Assembly (NCBI RefSeq): GCF_006345805.1
Contig: NC_042999.1
Span: forward strand, 141,856,001-141,920,000
Length of the DNA: 64,000 nucleotides
Source: Octopus sinensis
Lineage: Eukaryota
Direction: 5' to 3'
How positions within the stretch are numbered: the stretch's first letter is position 1; every line of letters starts with the position of its first letter. The notes under the pieces are model-generated. The model was not told where the DNA came from. It saw only the letters and a program-made list of their open reading frames with translations, and ran no database searches. A program made the position numbers and the translations under genes. Shown one piece after another: positions 51,331 through 64,000 of the stretch.

Positions 51331-51944
51331 GATCTTTAATACCTAGCCTTGAGTCCCAAAATATAGTATCTGGAAATGTTAGTTTCCAGAGGAATGCCAA
51401 AGGAGCAGGGATGAGATAACCTCTTTCTCTGCTCGATGACAGTGGCCATCAAATTGTAGCCATTTCTGCTTTGGCTTGAGGGATATTGGTATCAGATTTC
51501 CATAGATGTTACTAAGTGTTGAGTGTGATCTCCAACTGGTGTTCTGTATCTTTCTGAGCAGGTTGGTGTATGTTCCATATAGTTTGCATACTAATTCAGT
51601 GAGTAGGTTGTTTATTTGATCAAACAACTGGATGCTCATATTTTGTTCTCAACAGTGGAGTCCATCATAGATATAAATCATTTCATCATCATTTTGATGT
51701 CCACTATTCCTTGCTTGTATGGCTCAGACAGAGTCTATTGAGGTAGATTTTCTATGGCTGCATGCCTTTCCTGTTACCTAACCTCACCTGTTTTCAAATA
51801 AATATTTTTCTATGGCCAAAATATTTTCACAGGACATTGGAAATGACAGTGACATTCATTTATAACTATGTAAAAAGAGGAAACATAATTACATGCACAC
51901 ATGCCCACATGCGCAGGTGAATTCACACCCACACCCAAGGATCT

Positions 51945-52090
51945 TCTTTCAGTTTCCTTCTACTAAATCCACTCACAAGGCTTTGGTCAGCCCAGGGCTA
52001 TAGCAGAAGATACTTGCCCAAGGTACCATAGAACAGGACTGAACCTGAAACTATGTGGGTGCGATGCAAACTTCTTAACCACAGTCATGC
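51945..52090 (-). mobile_element. tRNA-type SINE head
   Basis: Reverse complement of the 57327-57476 consensus. Confidence 0.7.
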
Positions 52091-52657
52091 TTGCACCTAT
52101 ATTTCTATGTATATGTTTATACTTTTCAATTACAAATAAATTAGTGACTGCACATGTATGTATATGTATTATATTGCATTGTTTATCATATGCATTTTGC
52201 CTTACATGAGTAAGTTTGATTTGCCTGTGTACTTGCATTGAATGTTTATATTTGTGCTGCTGTTGCTACTATTACTATACTAAGAAGGAATAAGTATTAA
52301 AAAATACTGTTTGGGAGACCTTTTAATGAAATGTTAAGTTCTCAAGTGAACCAACAGGAGTGCCTGATTATCTATTGCTGATGTTGGTGGATAGGGCGGA
52401 ACATCAATTCATAAGCAATTATGATATGCTCTCCCAATTCAATGACTCAAAGTATTTATTCCTTGTCTAACCTTTACTGATCTATGTTTTACAGCGGTAC
52501 AGTATTATGTGACACTTCAGATACATCCAACAGTTTGTGAGGGAGAGAGAAAGTCAGAGAGAGAGAGAGAGACTCCAAGTCACATAACTTCACTACTCAC
52601 TACCAGCATTGTCTAACTAACTAGGTCATTTAAATAAACTTACTACTTGCAGTGGTT

Positions 52658-52718
<61 letters not shown>

Positions 52719-53729
52719 TATATATATGTATATATGTACAAAGATTAAGGATTCTGTTTAATGAAATTATGATTTTTTTTCTTACTGCGAAAGTTTCTGT
52801 GACCCAAGATTGACGAAGAATCTTTGGTTTAGCATCCATAACATAATTACATCCCTAGAGTTCTGGCACAGAAACTCTTTCACATTGCAACTAAGCTATG
52901 TTTATACAGGCTGAATTTAATTTCATTTAGCACAAAGAGAGACTATGTGAAAGGCATGAATTGGGTGATATGCAGTAAATGCAGACGATCTACTGGAAAT
53001 GAAAAAGAATTTAGTTTCTTAACGTCTATCTAGATAAGCATATAAATTAAATTGGTGACAGGTTCAGTGAAACTGGTTTTAGAAGGCAGCTAGGCATCAA
53101 TAATATTGATTAAGCCTTTCGATATCAACCCACCCAAAACCACCTCTGGCTCTGTGGTACAAATGTCTTGTTTTCAAAAGTTCTGAATTAAAATCTTCCA
53201 CCAAACCTTAGCCACAATTGATGTTCCTAACACTAGCTCAATGATAACTAAGTTATTTTACTAAATTATTTGTTATATTTAAAATTAATTGAAAGAAACA
53301 CAGAGCATCTCAACAGAAATATGGTACCAAAAGGGTTAACGTTTGAAGGAACCCTAACCCTAATTTTACTGGTTAAGACTCTTTAGACTCTGAGACTAAC
53401 TTTAAACTTTTTAGTTTTCATAAGATGTTTTGAGCAGGATTTGAACATATAATATCTAAATTATTGATACATAGAAAAAGATTAGTTATTGATCTTTTTT
53501 GGATTATTTAAGGGCAAAGAGTATGTTTGGTGTAAAAAATTATATTTGTGTGTGCAGTGAGGTATACAGCATGCTGTGTGAATGGAACAGACATGGCTGG
53601 GTGGCCAAGAAGTTCGCTTCCTAACCTCAGGGTTTCAGGTTCAGTCTCACTGCATGAGTGCTTCAACAAGTTTCTTCTACTACAGCCTCAGATTTTGTTG
53701 AGGTACATTTTCAACAAATTATATATATA

Positions 53730-54984
53730 TGAGGTCATCCCATAAGTTCTGTCCGATTTTACCTTTTTTAAAACTGAATGAAATTTAATAGTATTTTAGA
53801 ATGTCTAATGGAATTAAAAAGTATTTTTATGCATTTGTGTACATTTAAACTAATTAAATATTATTTTACAGAATAATAGAATTAAAATTTCTTTGATTAA
53901 AATCCTTTCTAACATGGAAGTATCCGAAGGCACATAATGCTTTATGAGTACAAAAAAGGAAACTCTGCAGCTGAAGTGAGACAGAACATACACTCAGTTT
54001 ATGGGAAAGAATGCTTGAATGAAAGAACTTGCAGAAGATGGTTTGCAAAATTCAGAAGTGGAGATTTCAGCCTTGAAGATGAAGATTGAACAGGATGTCC
54101 AGTTGAGTTTGATGATAACTCCTTGAGGCATTACTTGAAGAAAATCCTACATTATCAGTCGAAGAATTGGCAATAAAGCTTAGTTCAAACCATACAACTG
54201 TTCATCGTCATCTTCAACAACTTGGAAAATGGGTGCCTCATGAATTGTCTGAAAGCAACCGCAAATCCCAAGTTGACATCTGCTCTTCTCTCCATTCTCG
54301 CGAATTCATTTCACCCTTTTTAGATAGACTTTTGACTGGTAACAAAAAATGGATCTTCTATTGAAATGTTAAACGTAAACAGTGGCTTGGTAAAAGGGAA
54401 AAAGCTCAACCACAACCAAGAAGGGGACTTCATGGAAAAAAGGTTCTTCTCTCTGTCTGGTGGTATTGCAAAGGAGTAATTCACTTTGAATTGTTACCAC
54501 CTAATGCAACAATCAATGCTCAAATCTACTGTCAACAATTAGAATGTTTGAACCAAGCTTTGAAGAAAAAAAAACCCCGCTTTAGTGAATCGAAAAGGAG
54601 TGATGTTTCATCAGGACAATGCGCGATCCCACACTGCAAAGATCACATCACAGAAGATCAAAGAGCTTGGTTAGGAAAAAATTCCTTATCTACCTTATTC
54701 TCCCGACCTTGCTCCTTCAGACTACCATTTGTTTTGTAGTTTACAGAATCATTTGGGGGCATAACTTTCGCATGCTAGGAGGAGGTCAAAACTGACATTT
54801 CAGAGTTCTTCACTTTAAAACCAAAAGAGTTTTACATTGATGGGATTAAAAAGCTTGTTAATAGATGGAAGGAACTCATAAATAATCAGGGAAAGTACAT
54901 TGATGATTAAATTTCAATTAGATATAACATGTGATCACTAGTTTTCTTATTCAAAATTCGGACAGAACTTATAGGATGACCTGA
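53730..54984 (+). mobile_element. Full-length (1255 bp) but inactivated mariner (DD34D-type) element
   Basis: TIRs t(g/c)aggtcatcc(c/t)ataagttctgtccga with TA on both sides; WVPHEL, TGNKKWIFY, HQDNAR and YSPDLAPSDYHLF motifs; several stops and frameshifts. Confidence 0.93.
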
Positions 54985-55272
54985 TATATAGATAGGTAGA
55001 CAGACAGACAGAGACAGCCAGTTTATGGACGCGAAACTCTGGCTAACCCCAGCCATATCTCATCATCATCATTTAACATTGTCGTCCCTACATAATCCTT
55101 CCCCTATGTTCAGTAGCCATGGAAACATGTAAGGGTTGGAAATAGGAAGGGCATCTGGCTGTAGAAAATTTGCCTCAACAAATTCTGCTTGATGCATGCA
55201 TGTTAAATGATGATGTTAAATGACGATGATGATGATGATGAACAACAGCAACAACTAAGAGGAAGTACTATA

Positions 55273-55648
55273 CAGTGTGTGGAAAAACTCCCTTTTGTAC
55301 CCCACCATAAAATCTATTTTTTTAAATGTTGGAAAATTGATTTCCTACCATGTTTTATAATAATAATAATAATGAGAAAGTCATAAAAATTAAGAACTTA
55401 ATTTCTGTATTATGTATATTCATTTTGCCTAACATTATGGCCTAAATTGCCTAACTCTATGGAATTTACTTAGCCTAGAGACATGAATATACATAATATA
55501 GAAATGAAGTTTTTTTAATAGAAATTCTGAATTTTTATGACTTTCTCATCATTATTGTTGTAAGACATGGTAGAAAATCGATTTTCCACCATGTGTAATA
55601 TTAGAAAAAATTTTATGGTAGGGGTACAAAAGGAAGTCTCTCCCAGTG
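55273..55648. mobile_element. TA-flanked MITE, almost entirely palindromic
   Basis: cttttgtaccccaccataaaat / attttatggtaggggtacaaaagg and further inverted blocks toward the centre. Confidence 0.8.
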
Positions 55649-57326
55649 TATAATGTTTCTTGGAGCTTCTCTGAGTGATGTATTTCATACAGGAGCAACA
55701 TTTGGTAAGTCATCTGTCTGAAATAGTACTTGACATTAACCAGTAAATTTACCAGTAACTTATTTGGATTCTAGTCACTCTCTTATATTATTGTGAAAAG
55801 TCGCTTTGTTATTGTTTTAGGCTGGGACTGACAGAATAATTCTGAGGTGCTCTGAGTTACTTTGGAATTTTTTTTGTATTTGTTTTCCTTCCTCATTTTA
55901 GAAGTAAAACTTTTTATCATGCCCACTACCGTTTTATGTAATTCAAATTAAATTTTTACTTCCCAGTTTTAGTTCTACTTTACATTTTCTCATTTCAGTC
56001 AGACGTCCTAGTTTCCATCATTAATGTAACATTAGCCAACACCAGTAGTTGTAGTAGTAGTGGTGGTAGTAGTAGTAGTAGTTGTTGCAACAGCAGTAGT
56101 AAAGATGATAATGTTCTATATTATGCAGATAACTGTTAGTTTTAAGGTGAAAGAGGAAGTAAGTTGTAAACAGTAAAATGAAACAGTTCAATGTGAAATT
56201 AAAAAAGAAAAAATTGTTGCAGAAACAATTTGCATGGCACCAGCCACAGGAATAGCAATTATTTCCACTGTAGCACAAAGCCTCAGATTTGTGGAGAAAA
56301 TGAACTGAGATTTTGTGATATTCCATTCATGTTTTTTCCCACTGACATCAGAGACACAGCTGAAGAGAGGGGGTTACGTCTGGAAAGTTCATAGATCAAA
56401 TAAATATGACTTAGCACATTACCAGTATTTATAGGGAAAGATTATAGTCATTTCAGCTGAATACATTATATTACTGGTACTTCAGTAATTGAGACTGAAA
56501 AGGTAATATTTACTCTGGTGGAATTTCAAGTTTGGAAGATAGTGAGGACAGACAATAAACTGAAGCAATATTAACAAATTCATTTTTGCTTAGGCAGGAG
56601 CATAATTTTATATTGGAGGAATTATATTTGGCTAAATTGAAAATTAATGTATTACAAGTTTTTATATTATTGTTATGGAAAGATGAAAGGCAAAGTTTAT
56701 GGACAGCTTTGTTGCTTTATTATGTTATTTTCACTGTTGTAGTAGTAATAAAAGTTGTAATTTCTTACACTGCTGTGGAACCTTAGACATGTAAAATTAA
56801 GTATCTGGCCTACAGTAGAATATAAAATCATGACTCGGAACTTAGGATCAATTTCCTTATCCACTTGTTTGTTTACCTCTCAGTAGTAACAATGATTTCT
56901 TATTGCGTGCATCTGTAATCAATAATGTCACCGGATATTTGTGGCTCACATAGAATTCCAATGGGTGATCTGTTTCATTGAAGTGAACTAGTGATTGGTC
57001 TAAAATTATCCACTGTATTCCTCTTGTAATCTTTTATCCATGAGACAGTCCATCCAATCCTAGTAATTTGCCCTTCATACTGCTGTCCAGTATCTTCCAT
57101 ATTTCATCTCTTCACCTCACTTCACTTCTACTGAAAATTGTAGTAAACTGTCATGGTAAGCTCTAAAGACCTCTGATTCCAGTTCACTTAACACTATTAA
57201 AGATAAACAGCACAGCAAGGAGCTACTGAAAAATCTCACATGCTTGGAATTGAACACCACATATTCCCTGAAAATGTTAACCAAAGTAAAAGTTGCCAGA
57301 TATTAAGTGTTTAAAGTGATCGATAT

Positions 57327-57504
57327 AGTGGCTGTGTAGTAAGTAGCTTGCTTACGAACCACATAGTTCCGGGTTCAGTCCCACTGCATGGCACCTTGGG
57401 CAAGTGTCTTCTACTAGGGCCGACCAAAGCCTTTTGAGTAGATTTGGTAGACGGAAACTGAAAGAAGCCCATCGTATATATGTGTGTGTATATATATATA
57501 TATA
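57327..57504 (+). mobile_element. 5' half of a tRNA-type SINE up to its central microsatellite
   Basis: gtggctgtgtagtaagtagcttgc..gggttcagtccc (B-box-like)..gaaactgaaagaagcccatcgtatata. Confidence 0.8.
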
Positions 57505-58743
57505 TACCTGGCTTTTGTTGATATGGAGAAAGCCTTCGACAGGGTCCCCCGATCCCTCATCTGGTGGTCAATGAGGAAACTAGGGATAGATGAATGGTTA
57601 GTGAAAGCTGTACAAGCCATGTACAGAGACGCTGCTAGTAAGGTGAGGGTTGGCACCGAGTACAGTGAAGAATTCAGGGTAGAGGTTGGGGTCCACCAAG
57701 GCTCAGTCCTCAGTCCCCTCCTATTTATCATAGTCCTCCAGGCAATAACGGAGGAATTCAAGACAGGATGCCCCTGGGAGCTCCTCTATGCTGATGACCT
57801 TGCTCTAATTGCTGAGTCTCTATCAGAACTAGAGGAGAAGTTTCAGGTATGGAAACAAGGTTTAGAATCGAAGGGCCTTAGAATCAACCTAGCCAAAACC
57901 AAAGTCCTAATAAGTAGGAAGGTAGACCAATCACAAACGCCTTCAGGTAGATGGCCCTGCTCGATCTGTAGAAAAGGTGTAGGTAGAAACTCTATAAGAT
58001 GCACCAAGTGTAAGCTATGGACACATAAGAGGTGCAGCAATGTCAAAGGAAGGCTAACTAGGAAGATGGTTTTTGTATGTGGCAGATGCTCAGGAACAAT
58101 TAACACTGAAGATGCTCTGAGACCAACTTCCGTCACTTTCCAGGGAGAAAAGCTAGAAGTAGTTGATAGTTTCCGTTACCTAGGTGACCAAGTCAGTAGC
58201 GGGGGCGGGTGCGCTGAGAGTATAACTGCTAGAGTAAGAATAGCCTGGGCAAAGTTTAGAGAGCTCTTACCCCTGCTGGTGACAAAAGGCCTCTCGCTCA
58301 AAGTAAAAGGCAGACTGTATGATGCATGTGTACGTACAGCCATGCTACATGGTAGTGAAACTTGGGCTGTGACTGCTGAGGATTTGCGTAAGCTCGCAAG
58401 AAATGAAGCTAGTATGCTCCGATGGATGTGTAACGTCAGTGTTCATAATCGACAGAGTGTAAGTACCTTGAGAGAAAAGTTGAACCTAAGAAGTATCAGT
58501 TGTTGTGTGCAAGAGAGACGTATGCGCTGGTATGGTCATGTGATGAGAATGGCTGAAGATAGTTGTGTGCGAAAGTGCCACACCCTGGCAGTTGAGGGGA
58601 CCTGTGGAAGAGGTAGACCCAGGAAAACCTGGGTCGAGGCGGTGAAGCACGACCTTCGAACTTTAGGTCTCACCAAGGAAATGACCAGTGACCGAGACCT
58701 TTGGAGGTATGCTGTGCGTGAGAAAACCCGGCAAGACCAGTGA
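57505..58743 (+). CDS. RTE LINE ORF2 C-terminal portion: reverse transcriptase, PHD-type finger and C-terminal domain
   Basis: FVDMEKAFDRV, GVHQGSVLSPLLF, LYADDLAL, GLRINLAKTK and FRYLG motifs; no stops over about 410 codons. Confidence 0.9.
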   Translation, partial: YLAFVDMEKAFDRVPRSLIWWSMRKLGIDEWLVKAVQAMYRDAASKVRVGTEYSEEFRVEVGVHQGSVLSPLLFIIVLQAITEEFKTGCPWELLYADDLALIAESLSELEEKFQVWKQGLESKGLRINLAKTKVLISRKVDQSQTPSGRWPCSICRKGVGRNSIRCTKCKLWTHKRCSNVKGRLTRKMVFVCGRCSGTINTEDALRPTSVTFQGEKLEVVDSFRYLGDQVSSGGGCAESITARVRIAWAKFRELLPLLVTKGLSLKVKGRLYDACVRTAMLHGSETWAVTAEDLRKLARNEASMLRWMCNVSVHNRQSVSTLREKLNLRSISCCVQERRMRWYGHVMRMAEDSCVRKCHTLAVEGTCGRGRPRKTWVEAVKHDLRTLGLTKEMTSDRDLWRYAVREKTRQDQ

Positions 58744-58789
58744 GAACAGTCAAAATCAAGATCAAACCAAATTGAGGTCGATCAACATC

Positions 58790-59430
58790 AGGGCCCCCGT
58801 GCAGGTGACACGTAAAAGTACCATCCGTTCGTAGCCGTTCGCCAGCCCTGTCTGGCCCCCGTGTAGGTGGCACGTAAAAGCACCATCCGTTCGTGTTCGT
58901 TGCCAGCCTGGCCTGGCCCCCGTGCCGGTGACACGTAAATGTACCATCCGTTTGTGGCCATTTGCCAGCTCTGTCTGGCCCCCGTGCCGGTGACACGTAA
59001 AAGCACCATCCGTTCGTGGCCGTTTGCCAGCCCTGTCTGGCCCCCATGTCGGTGACATGTAAAAGCACCATCCGTTCGTGTCCGTTGCCAGCCTCGCCTA
59101 GCCCCCGTGCCGGTGACACGTAAAAGCACCATCCGTTCGTGGCCGTTTGCCAGCCCTGTCTGGCCCCCATGTCGGTGGCATGTAAAAGCACCATCCGTTC
59201 GTGCCCGTTGCCAGCCTCGCCTGGCCCCCGTGCCGGTGACACGTAAAAGCACCATCCGTTTCGTGGCCGTTTGCCAGCTCTGTCTGGCCCCGTGTTGGTG
59301 GCACGTAAAAGCACCATCCGTTCGTGTCCGTTGCCAGCCTCGCCTGGCCCCGTGCCGGTGACACGTAAAAGCACCATCCGTTCGTGGCCGTTTGCCAGCT
59401 CTGTCTGGCACCTGTGCAGGTGGCAGGTAA
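58790..59430 (+). repeat. Ten ~60-62-bp tandem units in the LINE 3'UTR, in two alternating variants
   Basis: Unit approximately gtgccggtgacacgtaaaagcaccatccgttcgtggccgtttgccagccctgtctggcccc. Confidence 0.92.
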
Positions 59431-59940
59431 AAAGCACCCACTACACTCACGGAGTGGTTGGCGTTAGGAAGGGCATCCAGCCGTAGAAACACTGCCAGAT
59501 CTGACTGGGCCTGATGAAGCCTTCCAGCTTCACAGACCCCAGTTGAACCGTCCAACCCATGCTAGCATGGAGAACGGACGTTAAATGATGATGATGATGA
59601 TGATGATGATATACAAATTAGTAAATAAATGGCACAACTAAGTACCGATATTTACTGGAAATAGCGAACGTAAAAATACGACGCTAATGTGTAGCTTCAC
59701 CGCGTATGTATTAGCAAAAATGCGTGTGTGCAACAAAATAGAGAAAAAAAACCGTCTTTATATATATATATAAAGTAAGATAGGGGTTATGGGTGTAACC
59801 CACTATGGGATATCATTTATCCAATATACTGTTGGTAAAGTACCCAAATTCTTAATACATAAATGTTTTTAATTGCAATGCAATTAAGTCATTTATTGCA
59901 TTAAATGCGTGAAGGTAAAGAAATATTTTTACCGTAAATT

Positions 59941-60362
<422 letters not shown>

Positions 60363-61278
60363 ATTAAATGACAATCATATAAATCTCTGTATTATAATAA
60401 TGAAAATGGCTTTTTAATATTTATCTATTGAGAAATTTAAGAGGTTGCTTTGACGCAATTTGAAGAGAAATTTGTGAGCCACAAAAATGTTACATTACAC
60501 CTCTTGTCATTTGAGATATCTGAAACACTGTATCTCCATTTCATTTGATCTGCTATTTATGAATTCTATTGTAATGAAAGTTAAGTCTAGTAGTATTTGA
60601 ATCTATAACTTCAGATTTTGGGTTCCTTTGCCAACATACAGTTGCAAGATAAATCAAGGGAAATAATCATTACAATACTAAGTTAAACATTAGAGGGAAT
60701 TCCAATAGTAGGTGTGGGAATTAAAAATTTGTTGCAGCACAATTCTTTAGTCATTGAAAATATATAGAAAAGCAGAAATCAAGGTTAACAATTATGAAAT
60801 AAGAACAAGAATTTTAGAATCCATGTTTTACTTTGAAAAGATGAACAAGAAATAAAAAGGGAAAAAGTAGAAAGAGAGAAAGCATTTACTTTTAGTCTTA
60901 TCTCCCTTCTCTCCATGAATAATTAGTCTATACTTAAATCTTTAGAGTACATTGAGTCAGTAATTAACTTTAGATTTAGCAGCATTAAACAGATGAGAGA
61001 AATCTCCCAGTGAATTCCATGGTAAATAATGGTCCCAGAAGTTCTGACGACTATTTTCAACTGCTAGGTGAAGTAAAGATGTAGAATGATATACTCTAAT
61101 TAGATACATAATAGAACGTTTGAAGTGAACTGAGCTCATAATCCTACACCATACCTTGGGTGTTTCAGCACTATTTCCTTATAACTGTCTCTAAAAAAAG
61201 TAAGTAAATAATATATTACTTATATGACTCATTCAACTGAAACCAAAAAGGCAGTTCAGTAAAGGATCCATCTTATGG

Positions 61279-61572
61279 CATCATCATCATTTAACATCCA
61301 CTTTCCATGCTGGCATGGGTTGGACAGTTTGACAGGAGCTGGCTAGGCAGAAGACTGCACCATGCTTTGCTGTCTTTTAGCATGGTTTTTATAGTTGGAT
61401 GCCCTTCTTAACACCAACCACTCTGCAGAGTGGACTGAGTGCTTTTTACATGGCACCAGCACAGGCGAGATCAGTTTTGGCATGGTTTTTTTTACAGCTA
61501 GATGCCCTTCCAAATGCCAACCACTTTATAGTGAGGACTAGATGCTTTTTACATGGCACCAGCACTGACAGG
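61279..61572 (-). mobile_element. RTE-LINE/SINE 3' tail with a partial internal duplication
   Basis: catcatcatttaacatccactttccatgctggcatgggttggac..; the gatgcccttc block occurs twice. Confidence 0.75.
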
Positions 61573-61959
61573 GCCACCAAATAACTTGCAAGATAAAGAT
61601 CCTTTGAGAAGAGATGTAGCTTTGGAAGTGACCCTTGTGCCTGATGATGAGAGGTTAGAGTGACAGTGAGACAGAAACAGGTGTCTTGCTGTAGAGGAGA
61701 TACATGGTTACCCAGTCAGTAGATGAAACTTGACATTTAAAAAGGATATTTTAAATTTGCTGTTAATAGCAGATTCTGCCAAATCCTACTCAAAACTTAA
61801 ATATGATAGTCATACAAATGACATCTATCATCTGAAACACCTTAACCATTTCCTTACCAAACTTTTGTTTGTAGTTATATTATTATCCCTCTTTGCACCA
61901 ATTTTGGTGGTAAAAGAAGCCTATTTACTTATTAGAGTTCCTTCTATTCTATTTTACAG

Positions 61960-62702
61960 GAAAATCTGCTACTCTATATGAAACGGCAAACCCCGATTGG
62001 GCTCCAACTCTTCGACTTGGTCGTGATCGTGCAAAGGATTTCCAAGCTGGTTCAGTCCGAGGTAAGACAAAACGCAAAAGAAAATTGGATTCCAGCTCTG
62101 ATGATACACTGTTTGCTCTGTCTGTTTGCAATTCTGAATTGCAACAAAGATGTCAATCCCTCACAAATGTTGGATCTGAATCTTACCGAAAAGCAGTTCA
62201 CAAATTTCTTGAAACAAAAGAAGTTATGGATTTATTAATGCTACCAGATGAAGTTTTTTCAAGTCAACCTCCTTGTGAGCCAATTCGGGGAGAAATTTAC
62301 CTCATGAAAATAGATCCTTCACAGGAATCCAGTGACTGGACTAAAGATGGCTACTCTTGGTTAAGTTTAGGATCGAATGATTTAATCTTGAATCAGAGCC
62401 CTGCTCTGCGTCAAAGTACTTTTCGAATGTTAGTTAATGAGATTGAAACTTGTCTGCTAAAACATGTTTATCGTTCTTTTAATAATAACCAAAAAGTTGT
62501 CATTCATTATGTTACTGATGAAAGACTTAGTAACAGTAAGTCTTATCCACATTCTATGGACATCACTGGAACTTCATCAGTACCACAAACCCATTTAGGA
62601 ATTACTCAGTATTACCACCAGCTAGTGGAAGATTGTAATGTTGACAGTCAGAAATCATCTGAGGCTCTCTGGGAGATGGCCCCCACCAACAAGGAGAAAT
62701 CT
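61960..62702 (+). CDS. THAP/CG-1-like gene exon 2: THAP C-terminal motif, basic patch and CG-1-like domain
   Basis: attttacag acceptor (phase 1) gives (G)KSATLYETANPDWAPTLRLG, completing exon 1, and is in frame with ORF 62085. PPCEPIRGEIYL..DWTKDGYSW..KHVY..VVIHY follows. Donor TCT|GTAAGT at 62703. Confidence 0.88.
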
Positions 62703-63029
62703 GTAAGTTAATGATACTTTTTCTTTCTTTTTTTTTTACCGATATTAGATCATATTACCTTATATTCTGGATTTTTATGTTAAGCTCTACATTCAGCCTG
62801 CTATACCAAGGTTTATTGAAGATCATTATTTTATTACTCTAATATCTACTTTTTTTCCATACTGGTATGCATTCAATAAGTCTCTAGTATTCCTCATCAC
62901 CATTTTTGTCTTTATCCTGCATCATTTTATCTGTGAAGTTCATTAACTTTCTCATACCTGGCCTCACTACTTCTTTCTGTTTTCTTCGATCTGCTCATCA
63001 CACATCTTCCACTATCTGTTGCTTTGCCG

Positions 63030-64000
63030 TAGTCAGTACCGCTTGTGGTACCAGTGCCGGTGGCACACAAGAATCCATCCGAACGTGGCCGTAGTCAGTA
63101 CCGCATCACTGGCCATCGTGCTGTGGGCACATAACAAACACCATCCGGTCGTGGCCGTTCGCCAGCCTCATCTAGCACCTGTGTCGGTGGCACATAAAAA
63201 CACTTTCCGAAGACCCGGCAAGACTAGTCAGGCCATAAACCATGGCCCCTACCTGGGACGTAGTCAGTCCACTGTGCATACCTTCCTCCTTGTGATACTT
63301 GTGAAGGCCTGTTGAGGCAAGTGAAAATCAAATCAAAATCAAAATCAATCAAAACAAATCAAAATAGATGAACATCAATGGAATTTGTATCTTTGTGGTA
63401 CAGTGCCGGTGGCACACAAGAGAAAACCATCCGAAAGTGGCCGTAGCCAGTACCGCATCGACTGGCCTCCGTTCTGTGGGCACATGACAAACACCATCCG
63501 ATCGTGGCCGTTCGCCAGCCTCATCTGGCACCTGTGTCGGTGGCACATAAAAACACCATCCGAAGACCCGGCAAGACTAGTCAGGCCATAACCCATGGCC
63601 CCTACCTGGGACGTAGTCAGTCCACCTGTGCATACCTTCCTTCTTGTGACACTTGTGAAGACCTGTTGAGGCAAGTGAAAATCAAATCAAAACAAATCAA
63701 AATAGATGAACATCAATGGAATCTGTATCTTTGTGGTACCAGTGCCGGTGGCACACACTTTGTGGTACCAGTGCCGGTGGCACACATGAGAACCATCCAG
63801 TGCCGGTGGCACACACTTTGTGGTACCAGTGCCGGTGGCACACATGAGAACCATCCGAACGTGGCCGTAGCCAGTTCCGCATCGACCGGCCTCCGTGCTG
63901 TGGGCACGTAACAAACACCATCCGATCATGGCCGTTCGCCAGCCTCATCTGGCACCTGTGTCGGTGGCACATAAAAACACCTTCCGAAGACCCGGCAAGA
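63030..64000 (+). repeat. Satellite-like tandem array (~353-424-bp monomer) derived from the RTE LINE ORF-end/3'UTR; runs off the window
   Basis: agacccggcaagac at 63211, 63564 and 63988; each monomer contains 3'UTR start sequence and ~60-bp units. Confidence 0.88.

Larger units (their letters stand above)
57505..59610 (+). mobile_element. Young 5'-truncated RTE-clade (BovB-like) LINE
   Basis: Open RT frame to 58743, a 3'UTR with tandem repeats, and a (GAT)n tail. Confidence 0.93.

Noticed and set aside
58790-59430. CRISPR-like regular array
   Set aside because: Units abut with no unique spacers, there are no cas genes, and the context is a eukaryotic LINE 3'UTR.
58670-59555. Several long overlapping minus- and plus-strand ORFs
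   Set aside because: Artefacts of the GC-rich ~61-bp tandem repeat; no domain signature.
63019-63972. Cluster of ORFs
   Set aside because: Produced by the LINE-derived satellite.

Overview
AT-rich, intron-rich animal genomic DNA. The (TA)n/(CA)n microsatellites, tRNA-type SINE heads and RTE-LINE tails ending in (GAT)n point to an octopus-like cephalopod; this is inferred, not proven. Three host genes can be reconstructed by hand. (1) A + strand BTB/POZ gene with four phase-compatible exons at 17.6-22.9 kb. It lacks a first coding exon, which is best supplied by a tandemly duplicated THAP exon at 2.4 and 3.5 kb, giving a putative THAP-BTB protein. (2) An intronless GSKIP on the - strand at 40.4-40.8 kb. 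(3) Head-to-head with GSKIP, a THAP gene whose THAP domain is split by a ~20.5-kb intron (41181-41400 joined to 61960-62702) and is fused to a CG-1-like (CAMTA-type) domain. The rest is transposon-derived: an IS630/Tc1-type element with an open 388-aa ORF that lacks the first catalytic Asp, a pogo DNA-binding-only ORF, three mariner relics, hAT MITEs with 8-bp TSDs, foldback elements, Helitron and CR1-like relics, a young 5'-truncated RTE LINE with a PHD finger, and a satellite built from that LINE family's 3' end. All splice models are sequence-based predictions without transcript evidence.
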